64,000 nt of DNA from the IMG/VR virus record IMGVR_UViG_3300023199_000021, positions 1 to 64,000 of that record; one strand, written 5' to 3'. Positions 18,152-28,145 of this stretch are shown here, piece after piece. This DNA is from a virus. The position numbers and the translations under genes were made by a program. Position 1 is the first letter of the stretch; each line of letters opens with the position of its first letter. Below the pieces are notes generated by a model that saw only the letters and a program-made list of their open reading frames with translations, had not been told where the DNA came from and searched no databases.

Positions 18152-18897
18152 TCAGCCTTGTCTCTTTGAAGTCTCCATCCAAGCCCACGTAGCCTTTGAA
18201 CCACAGCGTTTCTTTCTTTGTAAAACTTGTTGTGGTTTCTTACAGCAGAACTTGCGACTGCATCAATACCTAACTGGACACCATACAACGAACTCCATTT
18301 CTTTCTGTCGTTCATTGGGTGCGGAGGAACATATGTGTTGATACCACCATGTATTTGACACATTGCAGAGAAATGCATATCTTCTCCATTATCCCATACT
18401 GGTTTTTCCATCCACATGTATTTGATATATTCAGCGGGGAAGAACCAAGCGTGACCAACAAGGTCAACTTCTACTGTTTGCTCATTGGCATTTACCCAAC
18501 CGTCTCTGATGTTAGGTTGATACGCACAGTCTGTACGTAGACGCACACCAACGCCTCCCATGATGCCGGGAGTTTCGTGGTGTGTATTAATACAATTCTC
18601 AAACCATTCAGGACCGGGAATAGTATCGTCATCAAAGATAGCAGTAAACTCAGTGTCCACCAAGCACGCCAAAGCGAACCTACCACAGTACTTCCAATTG
18701 TAGTTGGATGGTACAGTTCTGATGTTGTGTTCTTTGATCAGCTTCTCTACCTCTCCCCAATCAAAATAGTGGAGTTCTTCTGAGTCATTCATCCAGATAA
18801 AGATTTGTTCTGGAGGAATAGTCTGCTTTAGTAGAGATTCAATCTGTGCTTGGAGATTCTGTGGTCTGCGGTAACAGTTCAGAATTACAGTTATCAT
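18148..18897 (-). CDS. GT2-like glycosyltransferase
   Basis: ITVILNCYRR, FDDD motif, GED. Confidence 0.85.
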   Translation of the reverse strand: MITVILNCYRRPQNLQAQIESLLKQTIPPEQIFIWMNDSEELHYFDWGEVEKLIKEHNIRTVPSNYNWKYCGRFALACLVDTEFTAIFDDDTIPGPEWFENCINTHHETPGIMGGVGVRLRTDCAYQPNIRDGWVNANEQTVEVDLVGHAWFFPAEYIKYMWMEKPVWDNGEDMHFSAMCQIHGGINTYVPPHPMNDRKKWSSLYGVQLGIDAVASSAVRNHNKFYKERNAVVQRLRGLGWRLQRDKAE

Positions 18898-19768
18898 TTA
18901 ATACAGCCCTTCCTTTTAGTTTTTCCCATTCAAGGTCGCCCCTGATATCAACATTGTAATTCCAAGCCTCAGCTAACATTTCAAATGGTAGACCGTTATC
19001 CTCAAGAAGATTAATCATACCAGATAAGTCCTTCGGGAAACAACTTCCGCCAAATCCTCGCTTACCATCAGGACCGGGAACCTGCCAGTGTAGATCGCCC
19101 AGTCTTGGATCGGCCTGAATAGCCTTGTCGATAAACTGCGTGTAATCAATATCTAACGTATCGCATAGATCGTATATATGATTAGCAAAAGTAACTTTCA
19201 TCGAGAAGAAAGTGTTAGTAAGATACTTGATCATTTCGGCCTCTGTAGGAGTAACAAACACGCACTCACAACGAGGCCCCCATATTCCTTTGTGGAATGA
19301 TTCAAGGTTACGTCGGATAGGATTTGATTTCGGTTGAATCAATCCAAATAGATGTTTCTTAGCTGATCTGAAATCTTCATAAGCGTTACGCTCAGTCAAA
19401 AACTCAGGGTTGGTTACTAAGATCAAATTGCTATGTTCCTCTAGCATATCCATAGTGGTGCCGGGAACCATTGTAGATTTAAGAAGTACTATTGGACACT
19501 TATTATGTTCTCTAGCCCAAAAATTCAGGAGTCTCACGGCCTCCCTGACTATGCCTGTATAGCACTTGCCGTTGCCGTCCATCGGGGTCGGCAAACAAAG
19601 ATAAATGATATCTGAATACGTGACTACTTTAGAATACCCGTAGTCTGCCTCGATACCACCTTTAATGTCGTATGAGATTACGTCGTGATCCGAATGTTCA
19701 TTAAGAAGTTTCTCGATAGCTCCACCAACGAACCCACGTCCAATAATTCCTATGCGTAATTTCAGCAT
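18839..19768 (-). CDS. ugd: UDP-glucose/GDP-mannose dehydrogenase family protein
   Basis: GRGFVG, CLPTP, KSTMVPGTT, NPEFL, GFGGSCFPKD. Confidence 0.92.
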   Translation of the reverse strand: MLKLRIGIIGRGFVGGAIEKLLNEHSDHDVISYDIKGGIEADYGYSKVVTYSDIIYLCLPTPMDGNGKCYTGIVREAVRLLNFWAREHNKCPIVLLKSTMVPGTTMDMLEEHSNLILVTNPEFLTERNAYEDFRSAKKHLFGLIQPKSNPIRRNLESFHKGIWGPRCECVFVTPTEAEMIKYLTNTFFSMKVTFANHIYDLCDTLDIDYTQFIDKAIQADPRLGDLHWQVPGPDGKRGFGGSCFPKDLSGMINLLEDNGLPFEMLAEAWNYNVDIRGDLEWEKLKGRAVLNDNCNSELLPQTTESPSTD

Positions 19769-19770
19769 AA

Positions 19771-20610
19771 TTATCCTTCCACAATACTCCAGAATTTCTT
19801 TGGAGATTCGCTACACAATTTGTGTAGTCCTTCTAGCCCATGCTTTTTGAAGTCATGGACAGCACCAATGTTATCACTACAATCCAGCTTCATACCGCAT
19901 AAGATTGCTTCTCCTACCGCCCGACAGAAAGGTTCAAACTTCATTGGGTGATAGTATAATGTTTCGTATTTGTTAAGTAGATCAGGGACCCTACTGTAAT
20001 CGACCTTGCCAAGCCATTCTACGTTAGGCATTGATCTAGCGGTTAGTTCAAGGTTCGGGGAACCCCACGCTGCCACCACAAAGCGTTTGTTTGGGTTCAT
20101 CAGAGCATATCTAAAGAAGTTCTGAGTCCCCTTTAAATAATACATAAACCCCATATACAAAATTTTATTTTCTCTGTTATTTTCTCTGTTGAAAAACAGC
20201 TTTGTGTCAATCGGAGAGGTAATGATATCGGCATTAGGAAAGATATCACCATACAACTCTTTGAATGTATTCAGGTGATATTCAGACAGGAAGAAGTTGT
20301 GCTTAGTAGAACCAAACAGATTTTTTCTGAGTCTTTCAGGCAGGTATGAGTTAGAGTCATGTTCATAGCGAACGTGAAACGGATGGTTCAGCAAAAACTC
20401 TACAACTTTACTGCGACGATACAGATGCTCAAGGTTTCCTGAAACCACCAGATCAAACTCGCGTGCTAGCAACTCGTCCTGACTATCGTAGTTGAAGAAC
20501 TCGATTGTAAGTCCTCGTTCTTGTCCTTCTTGTATGATGAAAGAGTCTGTCCTTTGGGCACCACCGATATTGTGCTTCAATCCAAAATCAGCTATCCATA
20601 AGACTTTCAT
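19771..20610 (-). CDS. GT4-like glycosyltransferase
   Basis: GGAQ N-terminal motif, KG, EPFCRAVGEAILCG. Confidence 0.85.
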   Translation of the reverse strand: MKVLWIADFGLKHNIGGAQRTDSFIIQEGQERGLTIEFFNYDSQDELLAREFDLVVSGNLEHLYRRSKVVEFLLNHPFHVRYEHDSNSYLPERLRKNLFGSTKHNFFLSEYHLNTFKELYGDIFPNADIITSPIDTKLFFNRENNRENKILYMGFMYYLKGTQNFFRYALMNPNKRFVVAAWGSPNLELTARSMPNVEWLGKVDYSRVPDLLNKYETLYYHPMKFEPFCRAVGEAILCGMKLDCSDNIGAVHDFKKHGLEGLHKLCSESPKKFWSIVEG

Positions 20611-21175
20611 TCAACACCCTATTCCTTCCAAATATCTTATCGTAATTGAAGAAACGCCACCTGTTGTACGTCTCTACATGTTCATCATAGCATACATGCT
20701 TTATATATTCATGAAGATCGTACCATTCGTCAAAGAACATTTCATGGCGACATACGCTATACATCCAGTTAGGAATAGCCGCCTTACCTTGACGACAACA
20801 TACCATGACAGGTTTTCTTTGATAAGCAGCCATACAGTTCTCGTGGTATGAGCCACACATATGGGCATCGCGATCAATATAAAGAATCAATGCGTCCGCT
20901 TTGTCTACCATACGATAGTCGTCAGCAGCAACAGGTTTCATTTTCTCGTGTACTTCTTGATATCTACTCTGTTGTTTAAGCATGTTGATTTTTTTGTAGT
21001 ATAAGTCATCCTCGTTCTCCGAATCAAACATTGGCTTATCGCTAGGGCAAAGTACTCCTATGTTATGATTCCATAGAAAGCTTTTAATCCTAGTCCTCCA
21101 ACCGGCACCCCGGTCGGCTACATCGTCCATTGGGCCAGCCAAATAGAACATGGCCCCATCAAGTCTATGCTTCAT
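20588..21175 (-). CDS. Nucleoside 2-deoxyribosyltransferase-like protein
   Basis: YLAGPMD....WR, D...VDKAD, GSYHE. Confidence 0.8.
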   Translation of the reverse strand: MKHRLDGAMFYLAGPMDDVADRGAGWRTRIKSFLWNHNIGVLCPSDKPMFDSENEDDLYYKKINMLKQQSRYQEVHEKMKPVAADDYRMVDKADALILYIDRDAHMCGSYHENCMAAYQRKPVMVCCRQGKAAIPNWMYSVCRHEMFFDEWYDLHEYIKHVCYDEHVETYNRWRFFNYDKIFGRNRVLNESLMDS

Positions 21176-21684
21176 TATCCTGTTACACCTACTACTACCA
21201 TTCTCCACAAGGCACCAGTCCCGCTAACGTCCTCTAAGGTGAACTGGCGATCACTGGCACCTACGCTGGCACCAGAAATAGGATCACTGTATTGCCAAAC
21301 AGCATACGGCTTAATCAGTTGATTGCCTGAACCACCGTTCCATGGTTCGGTCCACGCCGTTCCACCAGTCGCATGAATAGCGATATCGGCACCGAATACA
21401 GTTTCCATGTTCTCTACAACTATACTCTTGACTTTAGAAAATTGGATGGATGCATTTGTACCAAATACAACTTTTTCTAGTGCCTGCAAATTAAAAATCT
21501 CTTTCCCACCCGATGGCAAGGTTCCACTTGCAATAACACCGTAGTTGACCTGTAACGATCCGGTTCCATTAGTCAAAGCCTGACTATAATCAAGAGAAGC
21601 TGATTCGTTCTGGGTGTTTGCTCCAGTTTTGATCAATGTAAAGTTTACATCGTTCTCAATCGTTGCGGTTGCATTAATATTCAT
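21175..21684 (-). CDS. Hypothetical beta-rich protein, possibly virion-associated
   Basis: Gly/Thr/Ser-rich composition. Confidence 0.55.
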   Translation of the reverse strand: MNINATATIENDVNFTLIKTGANTQNESASLDYSQALTNGTGSLQVNYGVIASGTLPSGGKEIFNLQALEKVVFGTNASIQFSKVKSIVVENMETVFGADIAIHATGGTAWTEPWNGGSGNQLIKPYAVWQYSDPISGASVGASDRQFTLEDVSGTGALWRMVVVGVTG

Positions 21685-21692
21685 TTAGTCCC

Positions 21693-22130
21693 CTATCTTC
21701 TTCTCAATTTAACATGTTTCAGCCTATACGGTTCTAGGTATGTTCCGGTTATTTCCGACTTCTTCGCTGGACCCATGTACAGAAAGGTATATGCAGTGTC
21801 TTTGTTGGAGGCACCATAGGCTTGGATGCCCCGCTCGGTAATTTCCGCAACTTTAAATACACCAGTACTGCCCATGCAGATTTTTTCACCTGCGGCACCG
21901 TCTTCGGAGTCTCGTTGAGAGATATAATAAGGACCAGTACCTTGGATTACCTTAATATATGACCCAATTTCCAGTTCTCTCCAATTTTTTACTTCATTTT
22001 TGATAGGAGTGTTCTTGGAAATGAACTCATTACCACAATGCTTACAAACACGTTGTCTGGAGGCATTGATCTCTTTACAGGATGGACACAACTTCTGTCC
22101 ACGACGCAACTTAACCTTCTGGTTCTTCAT
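21693..22130 (-). CDS. Zn-ribbon protein
   Basis: CPSC...CKHC N-terminus. Confidence 0.7.
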   Translation of the reverse strand: MKNQKVKLRRGQKLCPSCKEINASRQRVCKHCGNEFISKNTPIKNEVKNWRELEIGSYIKVIQGTGPYYISQRDSEDGAAGEKICMGSTGVFKVAEITERGIQAYGASNKDTAYTFLYMGPAKKSEITGTYLEPYRLKHVKLRRR

Positions 22131-22491
22131 ACTCTAAATCTCCATGCCAATTGTGGATATCGAAAACTACTCTGTGCAAAATATCTACTACATAGCCGGG
22201 ATAGTACTCATACAATCCTATGTCAAATTTAATAGGCTTGGGTAGTTTTGTGAACTTATTCCCAAGCCTAAAATGATTGAAATAGTCTTCGTAGAATTTC
22301 TCAGCTACAGGAGGCCACTTAACGCTGTAAACTATGCTTCCGCGATAATTTAACATCGTTAATACTTTTGGACTGACCTCAACACACTTATGATCAAGGT
22401 CAAATGCTTCCTGACACGCCAACGACAGTGGACAGCGACCACGTTTGGATTGTCCCATCTTGATATGCTTTCGGCGTACTACAATCTCCAT
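22111..22491 (-). CDS. Hypothetical protein
   Basis: 126-aa ORF behind TTGACA/TATAAT at 22490-22516. Confidence 0.6.
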   Translation of the reverse strand: MEIVVRRKHIKMGQSKRGRCPLSLACQEAFDLDHKCVEVSPKVLTMLNYRGSIVYSVKWPPVAEKFYEDYFNHFRLGNKFTKLPKPIKFDIGLYEYYPGYVVDILHRVVFDIHNWHGDLEYEEPEG

Positions 22492-22561
22492 TATACCATA
22501 ATTTTCCGATTGTCAAGAGATTTTTGAAAAAAATTTCGGCCAGAACCTTTAAAAAGGCCAC

Positions 22562-22826
22562 TTATTTGATGATATCGAAGATTTTTTGTGCTGCGTTAGC
22601 ATCAGCGTCGATCATTATGCAAGGAACACCCAGAGTAACCATAGTTTTTAGGATATACTCGCCAATATCCTTAGCCTCTTGGAATGTCTGGTTTCTTCCT
22701 ACTGGATTATACGCCTTTTTGCGTCTTAAGAAGAAATTGTAGTTGTCAAACGAGTTAAATTGCTCTACAACATAATCAAAGAACGAAGGAGGCCATTCTT
22801 CCTCTTTGCCGTAGATATAAAGCAAT
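22562..22826 (-). pseudogene. C-terminal remnant of a NadR/AAA_28-like ATPase
   Basis: FLRRKKAYNPVGRNQTFQEA motif; no P-loop; fused to the upstream remnant. Confidence 0.5.
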
Positions 22827-23064
22827 CGCATGTTGACTCAACCAATGGTAATTACACCGATTTGACCTAGCCCAGATCGCACAAGGATGATTTTTTTGCG
22901 TAGCCTTGTAGAATTTGACCTGATCGGTCGTCTGGATGCCTGTGTCAAGCTCCCAGTGGCTCGTACAGAGCAATTGAGCGATTCTAGGATCATCTTCACC
23001 ACATGCTTGTCGCATTGGTACTGAGCCGCTAGGACGGGATTCTCGTCTAAGAAAAAATGTTCAT
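22826..23064 (-). pseudogene. Pyrimidine-dimer glycosylase (endonuclease V-like) remnant
   Basis: MNI / FFLD...CDKHVVKMILE / AQLLCT...NHPCAIWAR across two frameshifts, 3' truncated. Confidence 0.8.
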
Positions 23065-23313
23065 GACACAATCTTACAAGTTCATTTTGGGATTGTCAAG
23101 GTTAAAACTGGGGTTCGACGGTAAATGAACCGTAATTTTCGGCCAAGGAAATTTTGGATCATCACGATGTCATCGCTCTTTGTATGGAACAATAGAACCG
23201 TCTTTTTTTTCTACAAAAATATTGTTTGCACGCCAGATTGTACGCTCTGCAACAGTCTTGTGCAATTTGCCCTCGTGAATAACCAAAATCTCATATCGTC
23301 TCATAACAATCCT

Positions 23314-24774
23314 TTAAAATGGAAGTTCTTCTAATGGTAATGGTTCTGCGTAAGAAACGGCATTATCAGAAACCCTAATGCCACTCTCTTTGATTTTCTC
23401 ATTGATCGCCTTATGCAATTCCTTCTGTGCCCAATGGCAAGCATCGTTCAGTTCGTTACATGGCCCTCTAGCTTGCAAAATACGACCAGATGGAGAAACT
23501 TCTACTGTTGCTCTTTTTCTACCATGTTCTATATGATAGATGTAGCAATTACCATTGACACAACGATAGGCATAGCTACCAACACAATGCTTCATGTTGG
23601 AACTCTCCATTTCTAGATGACCCACAGTAGAAAGCCACTCAACCCCCTCAAGACCAATCTCGCCCCAAGGTGGTTCAGCCAACTTCTTGTCGCTAGTGTA
23701 TTTAACTCCACCACTTGTTCTTGCTTGGAAGTTACGTGGATCATTGTGCCACTTGTAGCTACGCATAAACAAGCCTTTTAGGTTTCCGTTGTATGGATCA
23801 GGGTAGTCCGACAGCCATCTTTTAAAATACATGATGGACTGTAGCCGGTTCATTCTAAAATCCAAGCCTCGGTAGCGAGCCATACGTGCAGCACGAATGA
23901 TATCGTCATTGCTGGACTTGCGGAAGATACCTGCGTGCCTATTTTCTCCCTGATTGTCTTGCCAGTATTGGTCGCCAGTGAACACATTATCCAAAGCAAA
24001 CAGAATTTTACTTCTGCCATATAAAGCCTCGTCTAAATGCACACGAGCAATATCAACCAGAACGTCACAATGCATACGTCTAGGCATCGCCATCAGGGTC
24101 TTGTTTAAAGCCTTGTAGGTCTTACCAGTGTCAGAATATAAACCCATCCAGTTATCAAGCCCACAGCCTCGTCTGTCGAAATCCCTAGTAGCCCATCTCA
24201 AAGCGTAGCAGGCAGCAGGATAGCTAATCATATCGCTGATTAAGTATTTGGAAGACTTTAACTTCTTTACTAATTCATCAAAAAGAATTCTGTTAGGACC
24301 GCACGCAGCGTTAATAGAACGAGAAAGCTGACGTAGCTCAGGATCAATGTTTTTATCAATCATCTTATGCCAGTGTTCAGCAAATCTTTTTCTAATACAA
24401 TAGAGTGCTTTTCCAACAATCCATTTCTTTATCTTCTTCGGCATAGGCTGTTCTTCGCCGCCGTTTTGATCTAACCAGAACTGAGGTACGGTAAAATTGC
24501 AATTAGGATGACCAATATAAAACTTACCCTGCTCAAAGGGTTCTTGAAGAAGTTTATGGATTACGTCTTTTTGAATATCGCGATATTGAGCAAAGTTATA
24601 ATCAGTACGACCAAAATTTACATCTTGTTTATTGCGTGCAACATCAATAACAGACACGGTAAACTCGCGTGCTACAATATCTGCCTGACTAGTGGTTACA
24701 GTGTTGGTTATTCTGAAACCGTTCTTAATTTTTTCGAACTGAAATTTAAACATCGTTGAAATTCCTGCGGACAA
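23314..24774 (-). CDS. PcfJ domain protein
   Basis: L..ES..MKHCVGSY...ATVEV....Q.RGPCN. Confidence 0.85.
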   Translation of the reverse strand: MSAGISTMFKFQFEKIKNGFRITNTVTTSQADIVAREFTVSVIDVARNKQDVNFGRTDYNFAQYRDIQKDVIHKLLQEPFEQGKFYIGHPNCNFTVPQFWLDQNGGEEQPMPKKIKKWIVGKALYCIRKRFAEHWHKMIDKNIDPELRQLSRSINAACGPNRILFDELVKKLKSSKYLISDMISYPAACYALRWATRDFDRRGCGLDNWMGLYSDTGKTYKALNKTLMAMPRRMHCDVLVDIARVHLDEALYGRSKILFALDNVFTGDQYWQDNQGENRHAGIFRKSSNDDIIRAARMARYRGLDFRMNRLQSIMYFKRWLSDYPDPYNGNLKGLFMRSYKWHNDPRNFQARTSGGVKYTSDKKLAEPPWGEIGLEGVEWLSTVGHLEMESSNMKHCVGSYAYRCVNGNCYIYHIEHGRKRATVEVSPSGRILQARGPCNELNDACHWAQKELHKAINEKIKESGIRVSDNAVSYAEPLPLEELPF

Positions 24775-25074
24775 ATACGCGATTCACAATCGGGACAATG
24801 ATAATAGCCGACTAACGAGAACATACCTTGAAATTGTGCTTTTTCGTGTCCACACCAGCCTATCTCACTCATACTACGAACGGGATAGTCTGGCAGGAAA
24901 CGAATCTCTTTAGGGTCGATCATGTTAAGATTCCTACAACGGTTGCAGCGATACCAAAGATCGTTGCTCCGTACAAGAAGTAGGCTTGATCGAACTGTTG
25001 CTTGACAAAATGACTTGTCACAAACAGCATAACAGAGTACATTACCATTGTCAAACCAAAAAACTGTAGTGCGG

Positions 25075-25983
25075 TCATAGTGCCACCCTTCCTTTAGTCG
25101 TCTTACTAATCTTACCTTGCTGTAGCAGAAACGGCTCTACTACTTCTTCGATAGTTTCCCTATCAATATTCAAACTGGACGAAATCGTACTTACGCCGAC
25201 CGGTCCCTTTTGTTTTTTCAGAAAATCCATGTATCGTCTGTCGTTCTCGGTAGAACCGTCCAGTCCGATTCCTCTCATGCTCAGAGAAGCCTCCAGACCG
25301 GCCTCAGAAACGACTTCTAGGCTCTTGGCGATACGGTAGTCACGTACCCATTCCAGAAGCCCATTCGCGATCCTCGGCGTTCCTCGGCTTGCCTTCGCTA
25401 GCATGGTCTTGGCAGCGTCAGTCAACGGAACTCGCAGTTTGTCGCAGTTCATTCCAACCAGCTTCGACAATGTAGGAACATCATATAACTCAAGAGTAAA
25501 CTGGAGTTTAAATCGGTCCCTGAACGGAGCAGACAATGCTCCCGGTTCTGTCGTAGCTCCGACAATAGTGAACTTTGGAATGGGAATAGATATGACCGAT
25601 CCGCCATCAGGTGTATCTCCTTCTACTGCCATATCTAGCTTAAAGTCTTCCATGATTGGATACAGGAATTCTTCTGCCAGCTTGGTCATATGGTGAATTT
25701 CGTCGATAAACAGAATCTGCCTTTCTTTTACTCGCATAATATAAGGCACGATGCTTTTAATCGAACGTAGATTAGCACCATTGGCAGTCTGAATACTCAC
25801 ACCTAGCTCATTAGCCAAAGCATTAGCCAACGTGGTCTTACCTAGACCGGGAGGGCCTGAAAACAGAGTATGATTCAGTGCGTCGTTGCGATTGTTCGCG
25901 GACTTCACTGAAATCAACAAAGAATTAAGAAGGTTCTCTTGGCCTATCAGATTATCTAATCGTGATGGTCTAAGTTCATTCAT
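25075..25983 (-). CDS. ruvB: Holliday junction branch migration ATPase RuvB
   Basis: LRPS.L...IGQ, GPPGLGKTTLA, FIDEIH, GATT, RDRF, SRGTPRIAN, EPFL. Confidence 0.95.
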   Translation of the reverse strand: MNELRPSRLDNLIGQENLLNSLLISVKSANNRNDALNHTLFSGPPGLGKTTLANALANELGVSIQTANGANLRSIKSIVPYIMRVKERQILFIDEIHHMTKLAEEFLYPIMEDFKLDMAVEGDTPDGGSVISIPIPKFTIVGATTEPGALSAPFRDRFKLQFTLELYDVPTLSKLVGMNCDKLRVPLTDAAKTMLAKASRGTPRIANGLLEWVRDYRIAKSLEVVSEAGLEASLSMRGIGLDGSTENDRRYMDFLKKQKGPVGVSTISSSLNIDRETIEEVVEPFLLQQGKISKTTKGRVAL

Positions 25984-26380
25984 TGGGGGCTCCTGCGTTT
26001 GCAAAAGCTAGTTTAACTAGTACAGATGGTTCAACATCGTCAGGAATATCGTTGTCGCTGATCGCCTTCGCAAGAAAGTTATCAGCTTCGTCGCGTGACC
26101 AACCGTATTTTACAATAGCTTTCTTTGCTAATACGTAGGCGTTGCCAAACGGATGCTTGTTGGGATAGCTTTTGGGTTTAGGTTTAGGGCTTGTAGATCG
26201 TTTCTTCGGAGTGATTACAACCGCGACTGGTCGTACCACAATGTTCTCGTTGCAGCCTTCACAACGATAACAAACAGACTTCTTAGTTGGAACCTGCTTG
26301 TTTCTCAATCGAAAGAAAAGCTTGCAGTTCGGACAACGATAGTTGATATCAAGTTCGAACGAATAAAATTCTGCGTCCAT
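25976..26380 (-). CDS. Zn-finger protein with a RuvA domain III-like C-terminus
   Basis: CPNC/CEGC; A..AIVKYGWSRDEA...LVKLAF; adjacent to ruvB. Confidence 0.55.
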   Translation of the reverse strand: MDAEFYSFELDINYRCPNCKLFFRLRNKQVPTKKSVCYRCEGCNENIVVRPVAVVITPKKRSTSPKPKPKSYPNKHPFGNAYVLAKKAIVKYGWSRDEADNFLAKAISDNDIPDDVEPSVLVKLAFANAGAPNE

Positions 26381-26384
26381 AATA

Positions 26385-26419
26385 AAAGTGGGGGCCGGTT
26401 ATTAGCCGAACCCCCTCTC
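26385..26419 (-). terminator. Rho-independent terminator
   Basis: GC hairpin followed by a T-run on the minus strand. Confidence 0.6.
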
Positions 26420-26441
26420 GTTTGCGTTGTCCGACAATCAA

Positions 26442-26813
26442 TTATACTTCGGGATCGTCAGATTCCTCTGTCCAATCGTCAGACACTTCCACTTCCACGT
26501 CTTCCCGGTCCTCATTGGGATCAGGTTCAACGTCGGATTGTGCTACCACAGAGAAGTATGCACCTGCGAAAATCTCTCCAAAGTCTGCATCGTCAATAGT
26601 GGTAGTGAATACGAATGGAGTTTTTTCTCCTTCGTTAGCCGCCTCTACCCTGAACTCCTGACCTTTGAAAACATTGAACTCATAAGAGTACTTATTTTCA
26701 TCCAATCGAATATCCAGAGCAGGATCGGCTTTCACTAACACCCTGAGTCTGCGGGTAAAACTTTCGTCTGGTGAAACACCATCTACTGCGGGTACGTTTA
26801 CTTGATATTTCAT
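26442..26813 (-). CDS. Acidic hypothetical protein
   Basis: 123-aa ORF overlapping the rIIB stop. Confidence 0.65.
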   Translation of the reverse strand: MKYQVNVPAVDGVSPDESFTRRLRVLVKADPALDIRLDENKYSYEFNVFKGQEFRVEAANEGEKTPFVFTTTIDDADFGEIFAGAYFSVVAQSDVEPDPNEDREDVEVEVSDDWTEESDDPEV

Positions 26814-27877
26814 TCAATTCTCCCAATATCACTCATACGTGTTCCGATGAAGCGTCGAAATTGCGGATAACAGTTTGGTTCTGGGTCCAGCAGTTTACCA
26901 AGGATACTGTCGTGATCCTTCGCGACTACCTCGGCATATCTTGTACCGCTTTTACCACTACGCTTTTGGTAGAAGAACTCAATCTCGTCACCGATTTCCA
27001 AATCGTCGAAATCCAATTCCTCAACTTCATCGTCATCTACTTCCTCCCACTCAAAGTCTTCTAAGTCTTCGTCACCTTCATCTTTCCACTCGTCACCTTC
27101 GTTGGTAGCAAAATGATAGTCCAACTCTCCCTCGAAATCCTTAAGTGAGAAGTATTCGCAAGCACGCAGCTTTTGACAGCTTGAATCCAGAGGAATGGAA
27201 ACTACGTTCATCGGATTGATCTTAACGATCACGCACTTGTCTGATACTTTTGCATCCTTGGTGAAGTTACCGAAACTATTAACGTAGGACAGAGTACCGG
27301 CATGAAGACCTTTTGAGCAACCAACCCTACGGTCGTCGTCAACAAGGTTTCTACGCTCACGAACGTACTTACCGGGAGTATTGTCGAACTGACCCTTATA
27401 CTTGTCCGTGTAGTCGTAACGAACAGCCTTGTAAGCAAGGAAGTCACCATCTTCGCAGATAGGCAGACTCTTATGCTCCAAGAAGTCGTACAACTCCTGT
27501 GTAACAGTGTAGCTTGGGTTTTGCATCAACTTCTTCAAGAAATTAACCAGAGGCATTACTGGCAACTTCTCGTCCATGAAAGTCAAGATGCGTTCAACAA
27601 CAGTCCCATGACAAGTTTCCTCGACACCGTTTTCGTCTCGATAGACAACATTGCCACCTTCGATACGAAGTTCTCCATCATTAAGACGCTGTTCATTAAG
27701 GTAGTTCTTAATTACAGTAGCCTTTTCTACCATCTGAGCCAGCGTATCTTCATCTACACCGTCTCGTAGTCCTTGCAATACATCGTCGTAACGGTCATGG
27801 CTTTTAGTAACATAGTACTGTTTGCCGCTCGCCACAAAGCTGATATTGCCTTCACCACTCTTAATCCAAGCAACCAT
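26810..27877 (-). CDS. rIIB: rIIB-like protein
   Basis: FL..LMQNPS...LYDFL...DGDFLAYKAV...CSKGLH...VVSIP.D....KLR.C.Y. Confidence 0.85.
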   Translation of the reverse strand: MVAWIKSGEGNISFVASGKQYYVTKSHDRYDDVLQGLRDGVDEDTLAQMVEKATVIKNYLNEQRLNDGELRIEGGNVVYRDENGVEETCHGTVVERILTFMDEKLPVMPLVNFLKKLMQNPSYTVTQELYDFLEHKSLPICEDGDFLAYKAVRYDYTDKYKGQFDNTPGKYVRERRNLVDDDRRVGCSKGLHAGTLSYVNSFGNFTKDAKVSDKCVIVKINPMNVVSIPLDSSCQKLRACEYFSLKDFEGELDYHFATNEGDEWKDEGDEDLEDFEWEEVDDDEVEELDFDDLEIGDEIEFFYQKRSGKSGTRYAEVVAKDHDSILGKLLDPEPNCYPQFRRFIGTRMSDIGRIE

Positions 27878-27893
27878 AATAATTAAACTCCCT

Positions 27894-28145
27894 CAACAAG
27901 AATTAAACGTGTTAATAGCAGAAACGATCCAGTCGGCACGCTCGGCAGTAATATCCCAGCTACGACTGTCAATGTAGTCCCAAAGCATTGGGTATTTTCG
28001 TTGGGACTCGGCTTACAGGCCAACAATGTCTGCGTCAACCTTCGACTGAGTAAAACCAGAGCTTCCTTCCCCGAAGGCGTTAGCATTACAGAAAAAGAAA
28101 CCTCAACACCGTTCGCCTGATCGGTTTCATATTCACCGAAAACAT
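27894..28145 (-). pseudogene. rIIA remnant
   Basis: ETDQANGVEVSF piece and a KYPML C-terminal piece directly upstream of rIIB. Confidence 0.5.
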
